DNA from: Candidatus Krumholzibacteriia bacterium
GTDB lineage: Bacteria; Krumholzibacteriota; Krumholzibacteriia; LZORAL124-64-63
Assembly (NCBI GenBank): GCA_041908585.1
Contig: JAYRFB010000236.1
Coordinates: forward strand, 8,277-72,276
Reading direction: 5' to 3'
DNA length: 64,000 bases
In this document: piece by piece, positions 19,917-28,368 of the stretch
Layout: every line of letters starts with the position of its first letter
How positions within the stretch are numbered: position 1 is the first letter of the stretch
The notes under the pieces: model-generated
Told to the model about the DNA's origin: nothing
What the model saw: only the letters and a program-made list of their open reading frames with translations
Database searches by the model: none
Position numbers and translations under genes: made by a program

Positions 19917-20091
19917 GCAGGCGCTCGGGCTCGCAGAGCCACTTCTTCTTCGCGGCGACCCGGCCGCAGTCGGTGCAGAAGAACACGGGCTCGGCGACGA
20001 TCCGGGCGAGCAGCTCGCGCTCCTTCTCGTACTGGCCCGGCTTCCACTTGCACAGCGTCCGGTTCTCCGCGGCGCGGCCCTTCTCCCCCAT
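19903..20091 (-). CDS. Small conserved-looking Cys-containing protein (62 aa)
   Basis: MGEKGRAAENRTLCKWKPGQYEKERELLARIVAEPVFFCTDCGRVAAKKKWLCEP... It has strong G/C-ending codon bias and lies downstream of the GT4 gene on the same strand. Its 3' end overlaps the ppk1 3' end by 14 nt. Confidence 0.5.
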   Translation of the reverse strand: MGEKGRAAENRTLCKWKPGQYEKERELLARIVAEPVFFCTDCGRVAAKKKWLCEPERLLKDE

Positions 20092-20142
20092 CCCGACCTC
20101 CCGGTCCGGTCCGGACCACAGCGTCCGGAGCCCCGGGCCAGT

Positions 20143-21333
20143 CTAGGCCAGGCGGGAGGCCGGCGCCACCCCGACCGGGGGACCGGTGGGCCTGCGGGCC
20201 GCCGGGGCGCCGTCGGCACGGCTGGCCGCCACCAGGCGCTCGTAGTGGCCGAGGAGCCCGTCCAGGTTCTGTTCCCAGGTCAGGCCACGGGCATAGGTCA
20301 GGGCGTTGGCCGCCAGGCGGGCGCGGTAGTCGGCATCGCTCAGGAGCCACCGGACCAGCGTAGCCAGCTGCGCCCCGTTGCCCGGCTCGAACTGGAAGCC
20401 GTTCCAGCCGTTGTGGGTGTGGTCCTTGAGCCCGCTGTGGGAGGCGACCAGGGCCGGCAGGCCGGAGGCCATGGCCTCCAGGACGACGTTGCCGAAGGTC
20501 TCGTTCTCGCCCGGGAACACGAAGATGTCGCCGGCGGCGTAGGCGGCCGGCAGGTCATCGCCGGTGAGATAACCCGTGAACACGGTGTTGGTGCCGGCGA
20601 AGAGCTCCTCCAGGCGCGTCCGCTCGGGACCATCGCCGATGATCGCCAGGCGGACATCCGGCAACTCAGCGAGCACGGGGCGGATCACATCCACGCGCTT
20701 CTCCACGGCCAGGCGACCGACGTAGACCAGCAGCGGCGCCTCGGGGTTCCCGCCGGTCAGGCGCTCGCGCCACAGGCGGGTGCGACGCTCGGGAGAGAAG
20801 ACCTGGCTGTCGACGCCGCGGCCCCAGATCTCCAGTCGCTCGAACCCGTGGTCGGCCAGCTGCCGGCGGATGAAGCGGGTCGGGCAGAGGTTCAGGTCGG
20901 CCTGGTTGTGCAGCCAGCGGAAGTAGTTCCAGACGAAGTCGCGGAAGGCCGTCAGGTTGTACTTCTCGAGGTAGCCCGGCAGGTCGGTGTGGTACGAGGC
21001 CACGACGGGCACGCCCGCCTCGCGCGCGCGATGCAGGCCGCTGATGCCCAGCAGCGCGGGGTTCACCAGGTGCACGATGTCGGGCTTGAAGTCCAGGATC
21101 TCCGCGCCGATGCCCGGTCGTGGCGTGACCAGCCGCAGCGCGGGGTACATCGGCAGCGCGAAGCACGGGCGGCCCAGGATCGGCGTGTCCGCGTAGCTGG
21201 GCGGCGCGCCCTCGGGCGCGATCATCAGCGACTCGTGCCCCCGCGCCGCCAGGTGGTCGAGCAGGTGGCAGACGGTGTTGGCGACACCATCCCACTTCGG
21301 CAGGAACGTCTCGGCGAAGATCGCGACGCGCAT
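20143..21333 (-). CDS. Glycosyltransferase family 4 (GT-B fold)
   Basis: 396 aa. The N-terminus MRVAIFAETFLPKWDGVANTV and the C-terminal FVFPGENETFGNVVLEAMASGLP (E-x7-E region) are typical of GT4 enzymes. Confidence 0.9.
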   Translation of the reverse strand: MRVAIFAETFLPKWDGVANTVCHLLDHLAARGHESLMIAPEGAPPSYADTPILGRPCFALPMYPALRLVTPRPGIGAEILDFKPDIVHLVNPALLGISGLHRAREAGVPVVASYHTDLPGYLEKYNLTAFRDFVWNYFRWLHNQADLNLCPTRFIRRQLADHGFERLEIWGRGVDSQVFSPERRTRLWRERLTGGNPEAPLLVYVGRLAVEKRVDVIRPVLAELPDVRLAIIGDGPERTRLEELFAGTNTVFTGYLTGDDLPAAYAAGDIFVFPGENETFGNVVLEAMASGLPALVASHSGLKDHTHNGWNGFQFEPGNGAQLATLVRWLLSDADYRARLAANALTYARGLTWEQNLDGLLGHYERLVAASRADGAPAARRPTGPPVGVAPASRLA

Positions 21334-21609
21334 GGCTGCCTCCCCGGTTGGCCGACAGTCTAGGCATCGCCTGTATCGCCGCCGTTCACGCTGCGCGAAT
21401 TCACGGTCAGGTTCCGGTTAGCGGAGGGTCAGCGTCGGCGTCCCGCGCGCGTGGTTTCTCACGAGCTTCTGGCCGTCGGCAGACCGTCCGTTGACAATCG
21501 GGCGGTAGACTCCCCGCACTTACGGAGCGTCGCGGGCAACGGATGCGTGCCGCATCCCGCGCGCCTGCGGCGACCCAGCCGACAGGTCAACCACGGGGGA
21601 GTTGTGCAT

Positions 21610-23673
21610 ATGTTCAAGTGGCGATCGATCCTCACGGCGCTCGCGCTGCTGGCCGCGCTGGCGATGGCCGGCGGCGCCGATGCCTACACGCTGACCGTCT
21701 TCCACAACAACGACGGCGAGAGCGCGCTGCTGCCGAACGCCGCGGGCTTCGGCGGCGCAGCGGCCTTCGTGGCCAAGCTGGACCAGCTGCGAGCCGCAGC
21801 GACCACCGACGGCCAGATCATGGTCTCGAGCGGCGACAACTTCCTGGCCGGCCCGAACTTCTCGGCCAGCCTGGACCACGGCGTGCCCTTCTACGACACG
21901 CTGGTCATGGAGCGCATCGGCTACGACGCGGTGTGCCTGGGCAACCACGACTTCGACTTCAACCCCGACGTCCTGGCCGACTTCATGGCCGGGTACGTCA
22001 ACCGCCCCAAGTACGTCAACTGCAACCTGGACTTCAGCGCCGAGCCCGGCCTGCAGGCGTACGTGACCGGCGGTGACCTGGTGCGCTCGCACGTGGTGAC
22101 GACCGGCGGCGAGCAGGTCGGCATCGTCGGCGCCACGACCGAGCGGCTGCCCTACATCTCGAGCCCGCGCGGCGTGGTCGTGAACGCGGTGGCCCCGGCC
22201 GTCCAGGCCGAGATCGACGCGCTGACGCTGGCCGGCGTGAACAAGATCGTCCTGATCAGCCACCTGCAGAGCATCCTCGAGGACCTGGCGCTGGCGGCGC
22301 AGATCCGCGGCGTGGACGTCATGGTGGCGGGCGGCGGCAGCGAGGTGCTCGCCAACCCGGGCGACCTGCTGGTGCCGGGCGACGTCATCTACGGATCCTA
22401 TCCGATGATCGCCACCGACCTGGACGGCGCGAACGTGCCGGTCGTGACCACGCAGGGCGACTACTTCTACGTCGGTCGCCTGGAAGTGACGTTCGACGCC
22501 GCGGGTAACGTGACCGGCACGGCCGGTGGCCCGGTGCGCGTGGCCAACGCCTCGTTCGCCGACGGCGTGACGCCCGATGCCGCCATCGCGGCCGCGGTGC
22601 AGGTCCCGGTGGCGGCCTACTCGGCCGCCCTGGGCGCGCAGGTGATCGGCACCAGCGATGTCGCCCTGGACGGCGTGCGCACCAACGTCCGCACACGCGA
22701 AACCAATGAAGGCAACCTCGTCGCCGACGCCATGCTGTGGCAGGCCCGCCAGTTCATGGGCGACTACGGCGTTTCGCACGTCGACGTGGCCATCCAGAAC
22801 GGCGGCGGCATCCGCAACAACGCCGTGATCCCCGCCGGCAACCTGACGTTGCTGGATACCTTCAATATCCTGCCGTTCGCGAACTTCCTGAGCGTGGTGG
22901 AGAACCTGAGCCGCGAGAACCTGAAGGAGATCCTCGAGAACTGCGTCAGCCGCGTGGAATTCGTCGATGGGCGCTTCGGCCAGGTGGCCGGCATGCGCTT
23001 CCTCTACGACCCGAGCGGCACGGCCCAGGTGCTCGATGCCGCCGGCAACGTCACCGTTCCCGGCACGCGCGTCCGCGAGATCGTGCTGATGGACGCGCCG
23101 CAGACGGTCATCTGCGAGTTCGGCGCGGTGGTCCCGGGCCCGGCCGTGAACATGGCGATCGTCGACTTCTCGGCCCGCGGCGGCGACCAGTACCCGTTCC
23201 ACGGCGCGCCCCTGAAGATCATGGGCGTGACGTACCAGCAGGCGCTGGCCAACTACATCGTCCAGGGCCTGGGCGGCTTCGTCTCGGCGGCCGCGTACCC
23301 GCTGGCCGGCGAGGGCCGCATCATCACCGGCGGCACGGTCGGCATCGAGGACCGCGACGACGACGCCACGACGCCGGACGGCGACGTGACGCCGACGGCG
23401 ATGAAGCTCGCGCAGAACAGCCCGAACCCGTTCAACCCCTCGACGACGATCGCGTTCAGCCTGGACCGCTCCGGTCCGGTGCGGCTGGACGTGTTCGACC
23501 TGCAGGGTCGGCTCGTGCGCTCGCTGGTCGACGGCGCGCGCGAGGCCGGCGAGTACCGCGTGACCTGGGACGGGCGCAGCGATGCGGGCGCCCCGGCCGC
23601 CTCGGGCACCTACGTGTACCGCCTGGAGACCTCGCTGCGCGTGATCTCGCGCTCGATGACGCTGGTGAAGTAG
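21610..23673 (+). CDS. Secreted 5'-nucleotidase/metallophosphatase with FlgD/T9SS-like C-terminal domain
   Basis: Start moved to MFKWRSILTALALLAALAMAGGADA. Calcineurin-like motifs are present (HNNDGE, GDNF, GNHDFD), followed by a 5'-nucleotidase C-terminal region. The C-terminus reads QNSPNPFNPSTTIAFSL...YVYRL. Confidence 0.9.
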   Translation: MFKWRSILTALALLAALAMAGGADAYTLTVFHNNDGESALLPNAAGFGGAAAFVAKLDQLRAAATTDGQIMVSSGDNFLAGPNFSASLDHGVPFYDTLVMERIGYDAVCLGNHDFDFNPDVLADFMAGYVNRPKYVNCNLDFSAEPGLQAYVTGGDLVRSHVVTTGGEQVGIVGATTERLPYISSPRGVVVNAVAPAVQAEIDALTLAGVNKIVLISHLQSILEDLALAAQIRGVDVMVAGGGSEVLANPGDLLVPGDVIYGSYPMIATDLDGANVPVVTTQGDYFYVGRLEVTFDAAGNVTGTAGGPVRVANASFADGVTPDAAIAAAVQVPVAAYSAALGAQVIGTSDVALDGVRTNVRTRETNEGNLVADAMLWQARQFMGDYGVSHVDVAIQNGGGIRNNAVIPAGNLTLLDTFNILPFANFLSVVENLSRENLKEILENCVSRVEFVDGRFGQVAGMRFLYDPSGTAQVLDAAGNVTVPGTRVREIVLMDAPQTVICEFGAVVPGPAVNMAIVDFSARGGDQYPFHGAPLKIMGVTYQQALANYIVQGLGGFVSAAAYPLAGEGRIITGGTVGIEDRDDDATTPDGDVTPTAMKLAQNSPNPFNPSTTIAFSLDRSGPVRLDVFDLQGRLVRSLVDGAREAGEYRVTWDGRSDAGAPAASGTYVYRLETSLRVISRSMTLVK

Positions 23674-23710
23674 CAGGGCCCGGCTCATCGACGCGGATCA
23701 CGCCACTTCG

Positions 23711-23740
23711 GAGGCCCCGGCCGGTTGCGGTCGGGGCCTT
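23711..23740 (+). terminator. Hairpin downstream of the 5'-nucleotidase gene
   Basis: GAGGCCCCG-GCCGGTTGCGGT-CGGGGCCTT gives an 8-9 bp GC stem, 38 nt after the stop. Confidence 0.45.
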
Positions 23741-23760
23741 CGGCTTGCGCGGGCGTCGGC

Positions 23761-23813
23761 TTGGGCCGGCGCAATGGCGGTGGCGGGGCGGGGCTGGGCG
23801 TGCGCCGGCGCAC
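23761..23813. repeat. REP-like palindrome pair (TTGGGCCGGCGCAA ... GTGCGCCGGCGCAC)
   Basis: A one-mismatch copy at 23761..23774 and the GTGC-variant at 23800..23813, in a convergent intergenic region. Confidence 0.7.
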
Positions 23814-23836
23814 GTGCATGCCGTTTTCTTGGACGA

Positions 23837-23880
23837 TTGACCGGTCAACGATTCGGCCGGCTTACCGGTCCGCGAGTTCC
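23837..23880 (+). repeat. Possible degenerate relative of the 48-nt element
   Basis: TTGACCGGTCAACGATTCGGCCGGCTTACCGGTCCGCGAG. It has a 12-bp perfect palindrome followed by a ..GGCCGG..GGTCCGCGA tail. It shares GGTCAACGATTC with 61694..61705. Confidence 0.35.
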
Positions 23881-24104
23881 CGCCGCACTTCGGCCGCCAC
23901 GCGGAGCACCAGGTTGTCGGTCGCATGCGCCAGCAGCGTGTCGACGTACGCGCGCACCGGCCCGCTCGGCTCCGGCAGGTAGCGCAGCTGGTGCACGCCC
24001 ATGAAGAAACTTTCGCCGGGCATCTCCGCCAGCGAGGCGATGAAGGCCTCGACGCCGGCGGCGGCAGCGGCCGGCGCCAACTCGCGGCCGCGCGCCATCA
24101 TCAC
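23862..24104 (-). CDS. Hypothetical small protein (80 aa)
   Basis: The ORF has G/C-ending codon bias and sits 55 nt downstream of the propeller gene on the same strand. No motif recognised. Confidence 0.35.
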   Translation of the reverse strand: MMMARGRELAPAAAAAGVEAFIASLAEMPGESFFMGVHQLRYLPEPSGPVRAYVDTLLAHATDNLVLRVAAEVRRELADR

Positions 24105-24158
24105 CGCGCGGGCGGCGGCGCGCGGGCTCTCCCGCGGGTCGGCGAAGCCGCGGGGGGA

Positions 24159-26588
24159 CTACCGCAACAGCGTCAGTCGCCGCGTCGCCGCGCCTTCGGC
24201 AGACAGCAGATGGGCGAAGTAGATGCCGCTGGGGCAGGAACGTCCTCTCGCGTCCCGGCCGGTCCACTCCACGACGTGCAGGCCCGCCGCGTGTTCGCCC
24301 TCCGCGAGCGTAACGACGTGCTCGCCGCGCAGGTTGTACACGGCCAGGCGGACCGGCCCCCGCTCGGCGATCTCGTACCGGAGCGTAGCCCTCGGATTGA
24401 ACGGGTTCGGAAACGGCGCCTCGAGGCGCGCGCGCGCCGACCCGGCGGCAATGGGCGCGGCAGCGGCCGTCGGAAGGTGCCAGATGCCGAAGCGGGCCGC
24501 GGGCACGCCGCCCGTCCGCGCAAAGGCGCCGCCGACGCACAGATCGTCACCCGCGATCGCCAGAGCCAGAACCCCGTTGTCGGTCCCTGACCCGAGCGAC
24601 TTCCAGGTCGCCCCGTCCCAGCGGGCCAGATGCGACACTGCAGCGCCGCCCGCCGTGGTGAAATCGCCGCCGGCGAACACGTCCCCGCCGGAGCCCAGCG
24701 CCAACGCACTGACCGCGGCGTTCAGGCCGGGCGCGAAGTCCGTCCACGCCGCCCCGTCCCAGCGCGCGACATGCGACGCCGGAGTCTCGCCCGCGTTGTC
24801 GAAATCGCCGCCGGCCAGCAGGAAGCCGCTTTCCCCGGCCAGGAGGGCCCGCACCGGCCCATCGACGCCGGCCGCGAGCGCCGACCAGCGCGCGCCGTCC
24901 CAGCAGGCGATGTTGGCCGCCGGCACGACGTACTGCTCCACGAAATCCGCCGCGAAGGTGAATTGCCCGCCGACGTAAAGCCTGTCCGCGGCATCCACGG
25001 CCAGCGCCGTGACGGGTCCATCCACACCCCAGCCAAGCGAACGCCAGGCCGTGCCGTTCCAGCTGGCGATGTGCGACGCCGCGATGTCGCCGGCGACGGT
25101 GAACTCACCGCCGGCGTAGAGCGTGCCGTCGCCGGTGACCGCCAGTGCGTGCACGATGCCGTTGACCCCCAGGCCGAGCGCCGACCAGGCCGCGCCATCC
25201 CAGCCCGCCACGTTCGCCAGCATCGTGTCCGCCGAGCGCGTGAACTCCCCGCCGGCGTACACGACTCCGTTCGCACCCGTGGCCAGGGCATTGACCGCGC
25301 GGCCGCTGAGTCCCGCCCCGGTGCCGGTCCAGCCGGTGCCGTGCCAGCGCGCGACCAAGGGAGACTGTGCCGATCCCGCCTGCCTGAACCAGCCGCCGGC
25401 GAAGACGCCGCCCCCGCCATCGACGACCAGGGCCTGCACCCAGCCGTTCAGGCCGGCGCCGAGCGCCTCCCACCCGGAACCGCTCCAGCGCGCGATCCCG
25501 CCGACCGTCGCGCCGCCGGCCACGAGCCTCTCGTCGCCCTCCGTGATCAGCGCCCGCACGATGCCGCCCGGTCCATCGCCCAGCGGCGACCAGCCCGCGC
25601 CGTCCCAGCGCGCGAGGTAGGCGGGAAGCAGGCTGTCGCTGGAATCGAAATTCCCCCCCGCATAGATCAGCCCATCGGGGCCCCGCGCGATGGTCTCCAC
25701 CGCCGCTTCGGGAACGAGCCCCACCTCCGAGGCGATGCCCTCGCCGAGAGGCCACCAATTGGAGCCGTCCCACCGGGCGATGCGCAGCAACTCCTGGCCG
25801 CCCGCCGACACGAACGCGCCGCCGGCCAGGAGATCGCCGTCGGCATCGACGCACAACGAGCGGACATCGCCATCGAGGGAGGCGGCGCCGACGGCCGTCC
25901 ACTGCGCGCCGTTCCAGCTGAAGAGACACCCGCTGCCGATCCCGGCGTTCGACATCGCGCCCCCGCCAGCGTAGAGCGTCCCGTCGGTTCCGATCGCCAG
26001 GGCTCTTACCGGGCCGTTCCTGAGCGAACCGAGCCAGGTCCACGAGGCGCCATCCCAGACGGAGACGGCCGAGGCCCCGGGAACGCCCCAGCCGGGATCG
26101 TCCCCGCCCGCGAAGAGCCGCCCGTCGCTGCCGAATGCCAGAGCGCGGACGGTGGCCGTCGAGCCCGCACCCAGGCCGGACCAGGTCAAGCCGTTCCAGC
26201 GCGCGACCCGGGTCGCAGGCATGCCTCCGGCCGTCGCGAAGGAGCCGCCCGCATACAGGCAGCCGTCCGGCCCCACCGCCAGGGCATGCACGGTGCCATC
26301 GAGCCCGCTCCCGAGCGCCGACCACCGGCTGCCGTCCCAGTGTGCAAGACGGCCGACCGGCAGGCCGCCGGCGGTCACCAGGTCGCCGCCGACATAGAAG
26401 CCTCCGCTGCCGTCGGCGACCAGACAACGAACCGCACCGGTGACGCCTTCCGGCGCGAAGCGCGCATCCCAGCGGTCATCGCTTTCCTCGCCGGCAGCCG
26501 GGTCGGCCGCCGGCAGCGCGAGCGCCACAAGTGCCACGGCAAGGAACGGGTGGAACGGGAACGTGTGCGTCATCCTGATCGACATCAT
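24159..26588 (-). CDS. Secreted beta-propeller repeat protein (about 14 blades) with FlgD/T9SS-like C-terminal domain
   Basis: Start set at MMSIRMTHTFPFHPFLAVALVALALPAA (GGAGG upstream). About 14 repeats of roughly 47-50 aa follow the pattern W-D/N-G-x-x-W-x-x-LG-x-G-x-x-G-x-V-x-AL-x(5)-LYAGG-x-F. The C-terminus reads PFPNPFNPRATLRY. Confidence 0.85.
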   Translation of the reverse strand: MMSIRMTHTFPFHPFLAVALVALALPAADPAAGEESDDRWDARFAPEGVTGAVRCLVADGSGGFYVGGDLVTAGGLPVGRLAHWDGSRWSALGSGLDGTVHALAVGPDGCLYAGGSFATAGGMPATRVARWNGLTWSGLGAGSTATVRALAFGSDGRLFAGGDDPGWGVPGASAVSVWDGASWTWLGSLRNGPVRALAIGTDGTLYAGGGAMSNAGIGSGCLFSWNGAQWTAVGAASLDGDVRSLCVDADGDLLAGGAFVSAGGQELLRIARWDGSNWWPLGEGIASEVGLVPEAAVETIARGPDGLIYAGGNFDSSDSLLPAYLARWDGAGWSPLGDGPGGIVRALITEGDERLVAGGATVGGIARWSGSGWEALGAGLNGWVQALVVDGGGGVFAGGWFRQAGSAQSPLVARWHGTGWTGTGAGLSGRAVNALATGANGVVYAGGEFTRSADTMLANVAGWDGAAWSALGLGVNGIVHALAVTGDGTLYAGGEFTVAGDIAASHIASWNGTAWRSLGWGVDGPVTALAVDAADRLYVGGQFTFAADFVEQYVVPAANIACWDGARWSALAAGVDGPVRALLAGESGFLLAGGDFDNAGETPASHVARWDGAAWTDFAPGLNAAVSALALGSGGDVFAGGDFTTAGGAAVSHLARWDGATWKSLGSGTDNGVLALAIAGDDLCVGGAFARTGGVPAARFGIWHLPTAAAAPIAAGSARARLEAPFPNPFNPRATLRYEIAERGPVRLAVYNLRGEHVVTLAEGEHAAGLHVVEWTGRDARGRSCPSGIYFAHLLSAEGAATRRLTLLR

Positions 26589-26684
26589 TTCGCGCCTCCG
26601 GGATCGGGTCTCCTCCGGACGCCGCACATTCTAGCACATCGAGGCGGTGTGAAGAGGCGATTGAGAATTCGGCGCGGGCTGGCG

Positions 26685-26700
26685 CTTGCGCCGGCGCAAG
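26685..26700. repeat. REP-like palindrome CTTGCGCCGGCGCAAG
   Basis: An exact 16-bp palindrome between the propeller gene start and the exonuclease gene stop. Confidence 0.8.
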
Positions 26701-26715
26701 TCGGTCACGCCCCGC

Positions 26716-28113
26716 TCATTCCGGCCGCAACCCCTCCGGCTGCGTATGGATCCACCCCCGCTCGCGCTGCCCAGCAATCACGTCGACCGGCTCCGTGCAG
26801 TGGAAGCGCAACAGCTCGCCGAGGGTGTTGAACCCCTGCATCTGCAGCCGCGTGACCATGCGCAGGAACAGCTCGGCGGTGACGAGCGCGTCGCCCAGGG
26901 CGGTGTGGCGGCCGTGCAGGTCCAATTGGTAGAGCTGCGCCAGGCTCTCCAGGTCCAGGCGTCCCATCGCCGGGTTCAGCAGCGAGGCCAGCCGCAGCGT
27001 GTCGATGAAGACGAAGTCCTCCCAGGGGCGGTCGTGGCGGCGGCACTCCTCGCGCAGGATCGTCAGGTCGAACGAGATGTTGTGGCCCACGACGACGCGG
27101 CCGCGCGCCAGGCGCTGGAAATCGGCCCACACCTCGGGGAACGCGCGCGCGTCCCTGACCATCGCGTCGGTGATGCCGTGCACGGCGGTCGAGGCGGGCG
27201 GGATGGGCACGCCGGGATCCACCAGGTCGTCCATCAGCCGGCTCTTGTAGAGGCGCGGGCCGTGCGCGCAGACGGCGCCCAGCGAGACGATGCGGTCGGT
27301 CGTCACGTCCAGGCCGGTGGTCTCGGTGTCGATGACGATGACGGGAACATCGTCCAGCCGCATCGCCAGATCCAGCGGGCCGGCGGCCGGCGGCACGTCG
27401 TGCAGCTTGAGGTCGAACTCGACGCCGGGCCGATGGCGGTCCAGCTCGACGGGCGGGAAGATGATCACCGCGCCCTCGTCGTCCGGCAGCAGCGCGATGC
27501 GGCCCTGCAGCGAGACGCCGTCCAGCCGCTCGAACACCGACTCGAGCGCGCGGCGCGCGCGCCGGGCCTTCTGCATCGCGGCCAGCACCGACTCGCGGCT
27601 GAGCGCCGCGAACAGCGAGGTGCCCACGCGGGCGCGCTCGGCCCCCAGCAGTTCGCGCGCGGTGCTGTTGAGCAGGCGGACCTGGCCCTGGTCGGTGATG
27701 ATGACCACGCCGCTGGCCAGGGAGCCCAGCACGGTGAGCAGCTTGTGGTCCGGGGCGTGGCGCTCGCGCGTGATCTGGTCCTGGTAGAGGCCCAGCGAGG
27801 CGAGCATCGACTCGACCTCCGGCGGCGTCCCCTGGCCGAGGGTCTTCGGCACCGCGGCGCCCTGGTCGGCCACCAGGTTCAGCACCGCGGTGCGCGCGCC
27901 CTCGATGCCGCGGCCCAGCCGGTCGGCCGCGCGCCAGCTGCGCCAGTACAGCGCCAGCGCCGCGGCGAAGGTGGCCGCCCCCACCACGAGCGGCAGCGGC
28001 GACAGCGGGCGGCGCATGATCACATCCGGCAGCAGCACCAGCGCCCCGGCCCCCGCGCAGACGCCGGCCCAGACCAGCGAGCGCTTGATCAGTCGGTGGG
28101 CGGGTTCGCGCAT
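26716..28113 (-). CDS. Membrane-anchored PAS-domain DEDDh 3'-5' exonuclease (DnaQ/epsilon-like)
   Basis: 465 aa with two N-terminal TM helices and a PAS-like segment (VVIITDQGQVRLLNSTARELLG). Exo motifs are VIDTETTGL, VVGHNISFDL and HTALGDALVTAELF. Confidence 0.85.
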   Translation of the reverse strand: MREPAHRLIKRSLVWAGVCAGAGALVLLPDVIMRRPLSPLPLVVGAATFAAALALYWRSWRAADRLGRGIEGARTAVLNLVADQGAAVPKTLGQGTPPEVESMLASLGLYQDQITRERHAPDHKLLTVLGSLASGVVIITDQGQVRLLNSTARELLGAERARVGTSLFAALSRESVLAAMQKARRARRALESVFERLDGVSLQGRIALLPDDEGAVIIFPPVELDRHRPGVEFDLKLHDVPPAAGPLDLAMRLDDVPVIVIDTETTGLDVTTDRIVSLGAVCAHGPRLYKSRLMDDLVDPGVPIPPASTAVHGITDAMVRDARAFPEVWADFQRLARGRVVVGHNISFDLTILREECRRHDRPWEDFVFIDTLRLASLLNPAMGRLDLESLAQLYQLDLHGRHTALGDALVTAELFLRMVTRLQMQGFNTLGELLRFHCTEPVDVIAGQRERGWIHTQPEGLRPE

Positions 28114-28273
28114 GGGGGGCGGCTCCGGGTCGGGTGGCCGGTCCGGCCCCGGCGGGGCCTTCGGCGGGGATCATAAGGGCCGGGCGGGGCGCTTCCAAGC
28201 GGGATGCGGGCAGCGGCACGGGGTGCCGGGATCGCATCGCCGCAGGTAACTGCTTGTCAAAATATGATTTGTC

Positions 28274-28350
28274 ATATTCCGCAGCCAATTGCGGAATATT
28301 CAAGACCATTCCGCAGTCAACTGCGGAATTATATTGACAATTCCGCAGCA
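28274..28350. promoter_or_regulatory. Phased operator array: two 22-bp palindromes plus a half-site, 32-bp period, in the divergent exonuclease / ATPase control region
   Basis: ATTCCGCAGCCAATTGCGGAAT (28276..28297), ATTCCGCAGTCAACTGCGGAAT (28308..28329, perfect 10-bp arms) and the half-site ATTCCGCAGCA (28340..28350). The third site lies between TTGACA (28334..28339) and GAAAAT (28357..28362). The ATG at 28369 lies where a transcript would start. Confidence 0.7.
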
Positions 28351-28368
28351 TCGTTCGAAAATGTCCAT

